Source: Candidatus Binatia bacterium (lineage in GTDB: Bacteria > Desulfobacterota > Binatia > HRBIN30). Taken from it: DNA of 64,000 nucleotides. Where the stretch lies: the NCBI GenBank assembly GCA_038245295.1, contig JBBRSP010000002.1, forward strand, positions 288,001 through 352,000, in the 5' to 3' direction. Positions 28,880 through 38,505 of the stretch are shown here, piece by piece. The first letter of the stretch is position 1, and each line of letters starts with the position of its first letter. Both the position numbers and the translations under genes were made by a program. The notes under the pieces were generated by a model. That model worked only from the letters and a program-made list of their open reading frames with translations, was not told where the DNA came from and made no database searches.

Positions 28880-30010
28880 ATGGTGTCACCTAGCCTGCGC
28901 ATCGGCTTCGACTTTTTCGGCGCCGGCAATGTCGGCGACGACCTGATGCTCGCCGGATTTCTCGACCTCGTCCCGGTGGGCGTCGTCATCCGCGGCGATC
29001 TGCCAGCCGATTCCATTCCACCCATGCGGGTACGTTTCCCGCGTGTCCAGTGGACCCCGCTACCTGCCGGAAAGCCAGATCCCGGTGAAGTGTGGATCGG
29101 CGCCGGCGGCACGCCATTCCAAGTCCTCAGCGGTAGGGGCGGCCTCACCCGTCTGCAGGCTGCCCTGCAAACCCACGGATTTGACTCCGCGCTGATGGTC
29201 GGTGTCGGTGCCGAGCGCGAAGCGCAGTCTGAGAAAGTACTCGGCAGAGCCATCGTGTCTCGCTTGGATTACATCTCAACCCGTGACCAGATGAGTGGCG
29301 ACCTGTTGGTCAACACTTTCGACGCCGCTCCAGCGACGATCAGCGTCGGCAGCGATTTGGCGAATGTGTTTCTGCAGCGCGCCAGCGAGTCGTCGTGGAA
29401 AAACACCACTCGTGCCGTGGCGGTCGGACTCAACTACTATGCCGAGCGCTTTGATCTGCGCACCCGTGCCGCGTTGGTGCGCTTCTTCCGCACGACGAGC
29501 CCGCGGCCGGCGGTCTTCCTCGCCAACGAGTTGCGCCCATTCAGGCATGCCGAGCTGGCGCTCTATCTCGGACATAGGCGGCTTTGGAATTTCTGGAATC
29601 GAGACGGCGTGGTACCCCTGGTGGCACCAAACTACATGGCTCCACAAGTCGACGATCTCGTTGCTCACCTGGCGCAGATCGGCACAGTGGTGGCGGCGCG
29701 TTATCATTGTTTACTGGCGGCGGCCTGGTACGGCTGCAAGGTCTGTGGAATTGCACGCTCGAGCAAGATCGAGCAGCTCTGCAAGGATCTCGACATCCCG
29801 TCGATCCGCATACCTGCGTCGGCTGCTGCGCTTGCCGCCGGCGTCGCTACAGCACGTGTGGTCGACCGCGAGCGGCTGCACAACCTGGCGACCCTGGCAC
29901 GGCGCGTCCACGGCGAAGTTGTCACACGTGCCCTGTCGATCCCTCCAGCCAACCTCGAGGCGCCACATTCCTACGGCGCCGGTGCGGGGGTTAAGACGGC
30001 GGGATCTTGA
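28880..30010 (+). CDS. Polysaccharide pyruvyl transferase family protein
   Basis: FFGAGNVGDDLM, ISTRDQMS, VGSDLA and ARYHCLLAA motifs. Confidence 0.85.
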   Translation: MVSPSLRIGFDFFGAGNVGDDLMLAGFLDLVPVGVVIRGDLPADSIPPMRVRFPRVQWTPLPAGKPDPGEVWIGAGGTPFQVLSGRGGLTRLQAALQTHGFDSALMVGVGAEREAQSEKVLGRAIVSRLDYISTRDQMSGDLLVNTFDAAPATISVGSDLANVFLQRASESSWKNTTRAVAVGLNYYAERFDLRTRAALVRFFRTTSPRPAVFLANELRPFRHAELALYLGHRRLWNFWNRDGVVPLVAPNYMAPQVDDLVAHLAQIGTVVAARYHCLLAAAWYGCKVCGIARSSKIEQLCKDLDIPSIRIPASAAALAAGVATARVVDRERLHNLATLARRVHGEVVTRALSIPPANLEAPHSYGAGAGVKTAGS

Positions 30011-31244
30011 GCTGGTCTGGACGGCGGGGCGCAGCACCAGCCGTCTCGGATAACAGGCGATCGGCGCGCTGGTAGACGGCCTCGGTACCGAGGTCGTCGA
30101 GGCACTTGCCCCAGGGCTTGTCCCAAGCCTCACAACGGACCTGCAGGCACGGCGAACACGGGTAACGAACGTAGAGACGCGCCTCGTGCGCTCCGGCGGG
30201 ACGGATGGCCTCGGGAGGCGTTGGGCCATAGAGCACCACCGACGGTGTACCCACGGCCACCGCGAGGTGGCACGGTCCGCTGTCGGCCCCGATGAAAAGA
30301 CGCGCCGCCTGAAGCAAGGCCGCCAACTCCACCAGGGAAGTGCGCCCGCACAAGTCGAAGTGGGTTACCGTCAGCAATCGCGACAACGCGGCACAGGTTT
30401 CCCGTTCGTCGTTCGATCCGATGACGCACACGACAAGATCATGCTCCCGCGCCAGGCGCTCCGCCACCATGGCGTAGTTGTGTGTCGGCCAACGCCTGAC
30501 CGTCGTTCGCCCGCCGGGGTGGACCAGTAGCAATTTCGTCTGCGGAGCGATTCCTACGGACATCAGGCAAGCCTCGGCGGCAGCGACAGCCGGCGCGCCA
30601 ACATGCAGCTCCAGGGTCGTCTCTGCGTCGCTGATGCCGAGGGGAGCCAACAGTCCCAGGTTCTTCGCCACTTCGTCGACGGCACTCGGAAAGGACAGGG
30701 CGTGGGTGAGTAGAACGTCGCCGCCGCTGCGCCGGTAGCTGAGGCGATAGGGCGCTCCAATCGTGCTGACCAAACAAACGATTTGGCGCAGGTCAGCACG
30801 CAGATCGATCACCAGATCGACACCAGAACGCCTCACGCGACGCACGACCCCCCACCAATGCAACGGAAACTGCAGCCAGTTGCGCAGTCGCGCGACCAGT
30901 CCGATGCCGTCGCGGACGTTGGCCCACCACGGAACGCTGAGCACCAGCACTTCGTCGAGGTGGGGGTTTACCTCGAGGAGCCCGCGCGACCATGGCCCGA
31001 CGATGGCCGTCAGCCGTGCCGCCGGGAAGCGCTGGCGCAGGGCGCGATACACCGGCGTCGAAAGCAAGACATCGCCGACGTGGTCGAGGCGCAGAACGAC
31101 GATGTGTCGCAGGTCGGCGGTTGCAAGGTCGGCCGGCTTTGTGGCACGCCGCCCGATTAACCAATAGAGAAGCCGCATCAGTCGATCGACGAGGCTGGCG
31201 AGGCGCCGCTTGTAAGGGGTCTGAACGAGCAACCGGATTTTCAA
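29991..31244 (-). CDS. GT9 (heptosyltransferase-like) glycosyltransferase
   Basis: RLDHVGDVLLSTP, HPGG..RRWP, GRTSLVEL and GADSGPCHLA..VGTP motifs. TTG 31244 overlaps the upstream stop (TTGA). Confidence 0.9.
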   Translation of the reverse strand: MKIRLLVQTPYKRRLASLVDRLMRLLYWLIGRRATKPADLATADLRHIVVLRLDHVGDVLLSTPVYRALRQRFPAARLTAIVGPWSRGLLEVNPHLDEVLVLSVPWWANVRDGIGLVARLRNWLQFPLHWWGVVRRVRRSGVDLVIDLRADLRQIVCLVSTIGAPYRLSYRRSGGDVLLTHALSFPSAVDEVAKNLGLLAPLGISDAETTLELHVGAPAVAAAEACLMSVGIAPQTKLLLVHPGGRTTVRRWPTHNYAMVAERLAREHDLVVCVIGSNDERETCAALSRLLTVTHFDLCGRTSLVELAALLQAARLFIGADSGPCHLAVAVGTPSVVLYGPTPPEAIRPAGAHEARLYVRYPCSPCLQVRCEAWDKPWGKCLDDLGTEAVYQRADRLLSETAGAAPRRPDQLKIPPS

Positions 31245-31603
31245 GGTAACGGTCTCTGCCGGCCTAGGCTGGAATTGTATCCGCGCATACCCAGTTTGGT
31301 AAGAACCGGTTGGCCCAGACAAAGAGGAATGGCGTAGGGTTGATTGAACGGCGTTTTCTCGATCCAGAAACGGCGTCCGAGTTGCGGAGTGACGCTCCCG
31401 TGGGCCAGCAAGGGGGCGGCCTTCGCCGGGTCACGGCGGAAGCAAGGCAGGATCGCGTCGAAAAAGTGCGTCTCGCGCGGCAGCACCAGCAGGTCGGGAT
31501 GGGAGTCGAGGAGCGAGAGCATCAGCGGCGCCTCCGAGCGGGGAAATCCGGTGACGCATACGGGTGAACCGAGGATCTGGCGGCGAGCCGTGGAGGCGAG
31601 CAT
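31241..31603 (-). pseudogene. Degenerate, shortened sulfotransferase
   Basis: TGFPRSEAPLMLSLLDSHP (canonical PRSGTTLL), ETHFF and WIEKTP motifs in only 120 aa. Confidence 0.65.
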
Positions 31604-31820
31604 CGTGGCGCTGCTCTACCAGCGCCGACCTGGACGTGCCAGCGCGCGTTGCTCACGGCTTCGAACGCTGGCCCTTGAGGCCCTGGTGGTGCTACCGGGG
31701 TTACGGTGGGCGCGGAACGGAGTCGGACTGGTCCTTCTCCGAATCGCACGGCGCCTCAGCCCGTGGTCGGTGGACCGCTGACAGGCGGCGTGATGGTATG
31801 CCGACTCCGGTCTTAGGGGG

Positions 31821-32999
31821 ATGATAATGGTTGAGGTTCCGCCCATCGATGGCACTTGCGACACACGTTTCGGCGCCGTGCGCGATGCACTAGCCGAGAA
31901 CTTCCGCGACCGTGGTGAGCTCGGCGGGGCGGTTGCGGTCTATCTCGATGAGAAATTGGTCGTCGATCTGTGGGGGGGATGGTGCGACCGCGAGCGTAGT
32001 CGACCGTGGCAGCGCGATACCCTGGTCAATGTTTTCTCGGTGGGCAAAGCGATGGCGACTGTGTCGCTTCTCATCTCGGCAGAGCAGGGCGCGATTGATC
32101 TGGATGCCCCCGTAGCGCGCTACTGGCCGCAGTTCGGAGCCGCGGGGAAGGGTGGGGTCACGGTGCGTATGGTCTTGGCGCATCGCGCCGGCTTGCCGGC
32201 GCTGCGCGGCCTGCTCGCCGAGGATGCGATGTACGACTGGGAGTTCATGACCAGGGCGTTGGCCGCCGAAGAACCCTGGTGGGAGCCGGGCAGCGCCCAC
32301 GGCTACCACGTGAACACATTCGGGTTCCTCGTCGGCGAGCTGGTGCGCCGCGTCAGCGGCGAAAGCATCGGCGCGTTTTTCCGCCGCCACGTGGCCGAGC
32401 CGTTGGGAGCGGAGTTCTACTTTGGTGTCGGGCCCGAGTCTGACGCGCGGATCGCTGATTACTATTACTCGGAGGCGATGCTTGCCGGTGAACCATTGCG
32501 GCAAGGTCCCGCCGATGATGAACGGCGACTCTGGTTGCACCGGGTGTATCTCAATCCGTCGGGCCTTTCGGGATTGGGGACGGTCAACACACGCGCCTGG
32601 CGCGCTGCCGAGATGCCGTCGACCAATGGTCACTCCAACGCGCGGGCGGTGGCTCGAATCTACTCGGCGCTGGCTTGCGGTGGGGCGGTCGAAGGTTGCC
32701 GACTCGTGCAGCCAGAGACGATCGACGCGGCGATTACCGAGGCCTCAAACGGAACGGATCTGGTGTTGCAACGACCGTCACGCTTTGGCCTCGGCTTCCA
32801 GCTTACTCAGCCGGGTAATCCCCTCGGAACCAGTGAGCGTAGCTTCGGGCACTTCGGGGCCGGTGGTGCGCTTGGCTTCGCCGACCCCGATTCTCGTCTG
32901 GCCTTTGCGTACACGATGAACCAGGCCGGGCCGCGCTTTCGCAATCCCTGTACGCGGGCGTTGATCGATGCAACGTACGCCGCCCTCGGACAAACATAG
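31821..32999 (+). CDS. Serine hydrolase, beta-lactamase/EstA family
   Basis: FSVGK (SxxK), LAHRAGL, HGYH and FGHFGAGG motifs. Confidence 0.92.
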   Translation: MIMVEVPPIDGTCDTRFGAVRDALAENFRDRGELGGAVAVYLDEKLVVDLWGGWCDRERSRPWQRDTLVNVFSVGKAMATVSLLISAEQGAIDLDAPVARYWPQFGAAGKGGVTVRMVLAHRAGLPALRGLLAEDAMYDWEFMTRALAAEEPWWEPGSAHGYHVNTFGFLVGELVRRVSGESIGAFFRRHVAEPLGAEFYFGVGPESDARIADYYYSEAMLAGEPLRQGPADDERRLWLHRVYLNPSGLSGLGTVNTRAWRAAEMPSTNGHSNARAVARIYSALACGGAVEGCRLVQPETIDAAITEASNGTDLVLQRPSRFGLGFQLTQPGNPLGTSERSFGHFGAGGALGFADPDSRLAFAYTMNQAGPRFRNPCTRALIDATYAALGQT

Positions 33000-33121
33000 G
33001 GCAAAGCTTGTACTCAGTTGGACACAGCCGCCCCGACTCACACTGAGTCCAGCAGGTTGGGTTTGGCGCTGTGCCGGCGCACGATCCGAGGAAGTTGCGA
33101 TCTTTGCTTCCACCATGAGGT

Positions 33122-35593
33122 GTGTCGTCTCCCCTCGTCGTGCCCCTTCTCTCAAGATCGCGTTCGTGGCCGACGCTTGTCTGTCTCAGCGTTGCCGTGT
33201 TGCTCGGCGACGCCACGGGAAACCTCGGCCTGGCGGATGGACTCGTGCCACTGGCGGTCTGTGTCGGCGCGACGTTGGCGGCACTCGCGGCGAGCCGTTA
33301 TGCGCCACTGCGGCGCTGGAGTTTCTTCTGTGTCGCCGCCGCTTACGCGGCGAGTGCGGCGCAGCGCGTTTACGCGCCGGCCTTTGCTCCGCATCACGTC
33401 GCGCTGCTGCCGCATAACGCATTCACGATCACGGCGATCGTAGCGCGACCGGGTGGCATCGTCGGCGGCCAGGCCACCCTCCTGCTGGAAGCCCAGTCGC
33501 TGCAGCGCGGCGGCGGAACGGACGACTTGCACGGCCTGATCCGCGTATCGATCCGCCACGTCAGGAAAGGTTGGCGACGCGGCCAACTGGTGCGAGGACG
33601 GCTGCGACTGCACACACCACGCGCCTTCGGCACGCCGGGTGAATTCGATATGGCGCGGCACTTTGCCCGTCGCAACGTTTACGTCACGGCCTTCCTCGAT
33701 GACGACGATGATCTTGATCTCGTGGGCGAGCTACCGCCGGAGTCCTACATCGACTCGGGGCGGCGACGAATCGCCCAGGCCTTCCATGAACACCTCGTCG
33801 ACCCGGATGCCGCGGTTCTCGCGTCGTTGATCATCGGCGACGACCAACCCTTGCCGCCGGCATTGCGCCAGGCGTTCAATAGCGCCGGGATTGGCCACGT
33901 TCTGTCGATCTCGGGGCTGCACATGAGCCTGGTGGCCCTGACCAGCTTTCGTCTGTTGCGCTGGTTACTCGGTCGCAGCGAGCGGCTGCTCCTCTTCACC
34001 TCAGTGCCGAAGACGGCGGCGCTGCTCTCGGCGGTTCCGCTCGTCGTGTACGCCATGTTGGCCGGCGCCAACGCGGCGACGTTGCGTTCCGCCGTCATGG
34101 CGATTCTCGTCACCGGTGGCATCCTCCTCGATCGTGAGGCGCGCCTGAGCAACTCGCTCGCGGCGGCCGCGCTTGTCGTCGTCCTCCTGTCCCCTGGGGC
34201 GACTGCGGAAGTGTCGTTCCAATTGTCGTTTGCCGCGGTGCTCGGCATCGCGATCGCCATGCAGCGCTTCTGGCTGTGGTGGCCGAGCGTCGAGGAGGCG
34301 ATGTTCCTTCGCCTGCGTCGCGAATGGTGGGTTGCTTGGGCTCGGCCGGCGGCCGCCTCCCTGGCGGTGTCCGTTGGCGCCATGTCGGCAACTCTGCCGC
34401 TCGCCGCCTACCACTTCAATCAGATCTCGTTGATCGCACCGTTGGCGAATGCGGTGGTCGTGCCGGTACTCGGCGACGCCGGCGTCATCGTGGGCCTGCT
34501 GGCGGCGTTGGCGGTTGTGTTCGTGCCGGCGCTGGCGGCGCCGCTGATCACCGTCGCCGGGCTGATCATTCGCGTCGGATTGCGGTTAACCGATCTGTTC
34601 GCCGCAGTGCCGTTCGCCGCCGTTCGCATCGTCACGCCAACCTGGGGCGAGCTCGGACTGTGTTACGCTGCCTTCGGCTGCGTTGTGCTCGCGACCGGAA
34701 GAAATCGGCGGTGCCTCCTATGGTCAATCGCCGTGATCGCAACGGCTGATGTCGCCGTCGCGTACCAGCGCCGTGCTTACCCGGGCGCGCTGCGCGTTTC
34801 CTTCCTCAGTGTTGGACAGGGTGACTGCGCCGTCCTCGAGCTCCCCGACGGCGAAGTGATGGTTGTCGACGGCGGCGGCCTGGGTGACGGTACGTTCGAC
34901 GTGGGTGAACGGGTCGTCGCGCCGTTTCTCTGGCAACGCCGTATTGCTCGCGTCGACTATGTCGTCGCCACCCACCCGGATTGGGATCACTTTGGCGGAC
35001 TACGCTTCGTTGCCGAGCAGTTCCGTCCGCGCGAGGTGTGGACCAGTGGCGCTGGCAGTCCCCGCCAGGGTTATCTCGCTTTCGAGACAGCGGCGGCCGA
35101 AGCGGGCGCTCTGCACCTTATTGTTCGCCGTGGCGATCGTTGGAACCTGAGTGGTGTCGATGTTCGCGTCGTCGGACCGGCGCATCTCGACCCGGCTAAA
35201 GACAACGACGCGTCGGTGGTCCTACGTCTCGAGTGGCATGGCACATCGGTGCTGTTGACGGGTGATATCGAGGCCCCGGCGGAAGCTGAGATCGTTGGTG
35301 CATCCGAGCTCGACGTCCGCAGCACGTTGTTGAAGATTCCGCATCATGGCAGCAAGACCTCGAGCACGATGGCGTTCCTCGACACGGTGGCGCCGCCAGT
35401 GGCGGTCCTGTCGGCCGGCTTCGAGAACCGTTTTGGGTTCCCGTATCCCGAGATCGTCGGACGCTACACGGCGCGCGGGATCGATCTTTGGCGCACAGAC
35501 CTGCATGGGACGGTGACGTTGTTGGTCGACAGCGATGGCCAGGTGCACCTGGATTCCGTCTTCGCTCGCGCGCCGAGCGTAACCAGCCGTTGA
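33122..35593 (+). CDS. comEC: DNA-uptake competence protein ComEC/Rec2
   Basis: HVLSISGLH, SFQLSF, and metallo-beta-lactamase motifs VGQGD, THPDWDH, LTGDIE and PHHGS. Confidence 0.93.
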   Translation: MSSPLVVPLLSRSRSWPTLVCLSVAVLLGDATGNLGLADGLVPLAVCVGATLAALAASRYAPLRRWSFFCVAAAYAASAAQRVYAPAFAPHHVALLPHNAFTITAIVARPGGIVGGQATLLLEAQSLQRGGGTDDLHGLIRVSIRHVRKGWRRGQLVRGRLRLHTPRAFGTPGEFDMARHFARRNVYVTAFLDDDDDLDLVGELPPESYIDSGRRRIAQAFHEHLVDPDAAVLASLIIGDDQPLPPALRQAFNSAGIGHVLSISGLHMSLVALTSFRLLRWLLGRSERLLLFTSVPKTAALLSAVPLVVYAMLAGANAATLRSAVMAILVTGGILLDREARLSNSLAAAALVVVLLSPGATAEVSFQLSFAAVLGIAIAMQRFWLWWPSVEEAMFLRLRREWWVAWARPAAASLAVSVGAMSATLPLAAYHFNQISLIAPLANAVVVPVLGDAGVIVGLLAALAVVFVPALAAPLITVAGLIIRVGLRLTDLFAAVPFAAVRIVTPTWGELGLCYAAFGCVVLATGRNRRCLLWSIAVIATADVAVAYQRRAYPGALRVSFLSVGQGDCAVLELPDGEVMVVDGGGLGDGTFDVGERVVAPFLWQRRIARVDYVVATHPDWDHFGGLRFVAEQFRPREVWTSGAGSPRQGYLAFETAAAEAGALHLIVRRGDRWNLSGVDVRVVGPAHLDPAKDNDASVVLRLEWHGTSVLLTGDIEAPAEAEIVGASELDVRSTLLKIPHHGSKTSSTMAFLDTVAPPVAVLSAGFENRFGFPYPEIVGRYTARGIDLWRTDLHGTVTLLVDSDGQVHLDSVFARAPSVTSR

Positions 35594-35627
35594 CTCGCCA
35601 GAAGGGTGGCGATAAGCCGAATCGAGA

Positions 35628-36812
35628 ATGAATCCAAGCTTCAAAGAGATGATGAACGAGGTTGTCGCGTACGGAAGCTGTTGCGAGTGTGGCAGTTGCG
35701 TCCTCGTTTGCCCGCACAACGTCATCGACTACGTCGAGAACAAGCCCAAACAGGTGGCTAAGGCGACGAATCCATTCGACTATTGTGGCATCAGTGAAGG
35801 CATTGGTTGTGATTGCTGCGCCCAGGTTTGTCCGCGCCTGGGTGAGCGCGAACATCACATGACCGACCAGGTGTTTCCGGATCAGGGCGACTCTTATCAC
35901 GGCGCCTTTGGTGTGTACCGGCGCGTCGTGGCGGCGCGGACGAAGGATCCTGAAGTATTGGCGCGCTGCGAGGATGGCGGTGTCGTGACAACGATGCTGT
36001 GTTGGGGCTTGCGCAACGGTAGCTTCGACGGCGCGGTTGTTTCGGCGATTGACGCGGACAAGCCTTGTGAGCCGCAACCACGCGTTGTCACCAATGTGGA
36101 CGACGCGATTCGCAGCGCCAGCTCGTGGTACACCTACTGCCCCAACAATCTGGCGCTTGCCGACGCGCAGAAGCTGGGCCTGACGAAGGTCGCCTTCGTC
36201 GGCGTGCCGTGCCAGATCACGCCGGTGCGCAAGATGCAGCTCGTCGACCCGGGCTTCCTGACCAACGGTCGCAAGAAGGACAAAATCATCGAGAAACAAA
36301 CCGGCTTCCTCAAAGGTTTCGGCGAGCGCGTTGCGCTAGCGATAGGCCTGTTGTGCAGCGAAGTCTTCGATTTTCAGGAACTGATGCTTGATACGATTCG
36401 CGACGAGATGGCGATCCCCCTTTCGGAGATCCGCCAGTTCAACGTCAAGGGTAAGGTTCAGATCTTCAAGAAGGACGGCAACCTCGTCGAGATCCCGCTA
36501 CGCGAGGCGCAGGAATACGCGCGACCGGAATGTCACCACTGCGGTGACTTCTCGGCCGAACTGGCGGACATCTCGTGTGGTGGCGTCGGCGCGCAGGGAT
36601 GGACCATCACGGTAATCCGCACCAAACGCGGCGAGGAAGTGTTCCACGCCATGGAACAGGAAGGCCTCCTCGAAGTGCGCCCGATCGAAGAGCTTGAAAC
36701 ATCCATGAAGGTGCTGTTGCGTTTGGCGCGTAAACAAAGGGAGCGGGTGCCGTCGCCGCCAGGGCGGCCAGAATCATGGGCTCGGCCGGCAGGCTTCGGC
36801 GGCGCCCACTAG
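35628..36812 (+). CDS. FrhB/FdhB-family Fe-S flavoprotein with N-terminal ferredoxin domain
   Basis: CCECGSCVLVCP, CDCCAQVCP, GGVVT, VGVPCQI, IGLLCS and CHHCGDFSAELADISCG motifs. Confidence 0.88.
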   Translation: MNPSFKEMMNEVVAYGSCCECGSCVLVCPHNVIDYVENKPKQVAKATNPFDYCGISEGIGCDCCAQVCPRLGEREHHMTDQVFPDQGDSYHGAFGVYRRVVAARTKDPEVLARCEDGGVVTTMLCWGLRNGSFDGAVVSAIDADKPCEPQPRVVTNVDDAIRSASSWYTYCPNNLALADAQKLGLTKVAFVGVPCQITPVRKMQLVDPGFLTNGRKKDKIIEKQTGFLKGFGERVALAIGLLCSEVFDFQELMLDTIRDEMAIPLSEIRQFNVKGKVQIFKKDGNLVEIPLREAQEYARPECHHCGDFSAELADISCGGVGAQGWTITVIRTKRGEEVFHAMEQEGLLEVRPIEELETSMKVLLRLARKQRERVPSPPGRPESWARPAGFGGAH

Positions 36813-36838
36813 GAACTTAGGAACAAGGAACACTCATC

Positions 36839-37942
36839 ATGCAAAATGGGGGCAATTGCCCTCCGAAATTCCCGCCGCACTACCTCGAGCAGCTCATAGA
36901 AAACTCTCCCGACATCGTTGTCGCGGTCGATCGTTTTGGGACGATCGTCTACTACAACGACGGGGCGGAGAAGACGCTTGGTTACGCGGCCGGCGAGATC
37001 CTCGGTAAGAAGGTTACCGATATCTACGTGTCGGCTGCGGAAGCAAAACGCGTCATGGCGGCAATGCGAGGCGACGAGGTCGGCGGCCCGGGCAAAGTAA
37101 AGAACTTCGAAACGATCTTCGTGGATCGGTGGGGTCAGCGGATGCCGGTCGCCATCTCGGGATCGATCTTGAGCGATGACGATGGCTTCGAAATCGGCTC
37201 CATCGGCTTCGCCAAGGACTTGCGGGAGATCCGCCGCCGTGACCGCCTGGCGACTCTGGGCGAAGTGGCGGTGGCGGTTTGCCATGAAGTGAACAACCCT
37301 CTGGCTGCGATCATGAATCAGGTGGAGATCCTCGATACCCACTTGCGCGAAGCAGCCACCGAGAGTGGTGGCACACCACCGGAGGAGCAACGCCTAAAGG
37401 ATATCCGGCGCGAGCTCGAGAAGATTCAGAAAGCCGTCGGCAAGCTCGAAGCCTTCTCGCACGGCGAAGAGTACGAGACACGCGAGTACAACCGCGGCAC
37501 CAAGATGGCCGCACTCTCGGCACCTCCCGAAGCGGGGGCGCTCAGCGGCTTGCGGATTCTCGTGGTCGACGACGATATGGCCGTATCACACTCGGTGCGT
37601 GACCTGCTGATCGAGGAAGGTTGCGAGGTCGTCACCGCTCACGGCGGCCTGGAGGCATTGCGTCTATTCGATCGCCTACCGTTCGACGTCGTCATCAGTG
37701 ATGTCGTCATGCCTGATCTCGACGGATACGATCTCTACATGGAGATCAAGCGCCGCGGTTCCACGACACCGGTGTTGCTCATGACGGGCTATTACTACGA
37801 CCGCGACCACGTGATTAAACGCAGCCGCCTCGAAGGGTTGGAGCAGGTGTTGTTTAAGAAGCCGGTCAACCCGGAACGGCTCAAGGGTTTGATTCGCGGA
37901 CTCTGCCGGAAACCGGGCGCGTCGGCTCAGCCGTCGGTTTGA
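36839..37942 (+). CDS. PAS-HisKA-receiver signalling protein without an HATPase domain
   Basis: PAS (YYNDGAEKTLGY), H-box CHEVNNPL, and receiver ILVVDDD..ISDVVMPDLDG..KP. Confidence 0.85.
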   Translation: MQNGGNCPPKFPPHYLEQLIENSPDIVVAVDRFGTIVYYNDGAEKTLGYAAGEILGKKVTDIYVSAAEAKRVMAAMRGDEVGGPGKVKNFETIFVDRWGQRMPVAISGSILSDDDGFEIGSIGFAKDLREIRRRDRLATLGEVAVAVCHEVNNPLAAIMNQVEILDTHLREAATESGGTPPEEQRLKDIRRELEKIQKAVGKLEAFSHGEEYETREYNRGTKMAALSAPPEAGALSGLRILVVDDDMAVSHSVRDLLIEEGCEVVTAHGGLEALRLFDRLPFDVVISDVVMPDLDGYDLYMEIKRRGSTTPVLLMTGYYYDRDHVIKRSRLEGLEQVLFKKPVNPERLKGLIRGLCRKPGASAQPSV

Positions 37943-38366
37943 GCGTCGGCGTCGCTGATGGACGCGTCGCCGTCGGTGTGCCCGTGGCGGCGGGAATCAC
38001 GAAAAGCCTGATCTCGCCACTTGCGGTCGCGATGACGACATGTTCGTCGGTGACGCGCCCCAGGCGTCCCAACCCGGGGATCTCGTCGCCTTCGCGATAC
38101 ATCGTGTGTTTGTCGTCCGGCCCCTCAATCACCGCATACGAGTAAGACGCACGGCTAGCAACGCCAGCCAGGCGGTAGCCCAGGGGCGGCGTTGGTGTAG
38201 GAGTTTCCGGCGTAGCGATCTTGGTCCGTGTTGGCGTGGGTAGGAGAGTCGCGGTCGGTGGCGCGGCTGCGCGCTCTCGAAGGCGTATGCCGAGCCAGAG
38301 GGCGCTGCCGATCACCAAGGCAAACAGCAGAACAACACTCAGCACGTTGATGAGGCGCGAATTCAT
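37881..38366 (-). CDS. Membrane-anchored GspC/PilP-like protein
   Basis: N-terminal TM helix, Pro/Thr linker, then YRLAGV..YAVIE....YREGDEI..L.RV....VVI. Confidence 0.6.
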   Translation of the reverse strand: MNSRLINVLSVVLLFALVIGSALWLGIRLRERAAAPPTATLLPTPTRTKIATPETPTPTPPLGYRLAGVASRASYSYAVIEGPDDKHTMYREGDEIPGLGRLGRVTDEHVVIATASGEIRLFVIPAATGTPTATRPSATPTLKPTAEPTRPVSGRVRESNP

Positions 38367-38505
38367 ATCGTCGAAACGTAGTCTAGCATGAGTGTCGATG
38401 GAGGCACGCCGGACCGCGTTGGGGGTTGGGGGTAGGCGTCGGGCCGTGCCGAACGGTGCTTGCCCAAAATGGTGTCGATGTGCTCTGACGACAGCGGAGG
38501 TGATG

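Noticed and set aside
31821..32999. Beta-lactam resistance gene
   Set aside because: Motifs fit EstA-type esterases; the class C KTG motif is absent.
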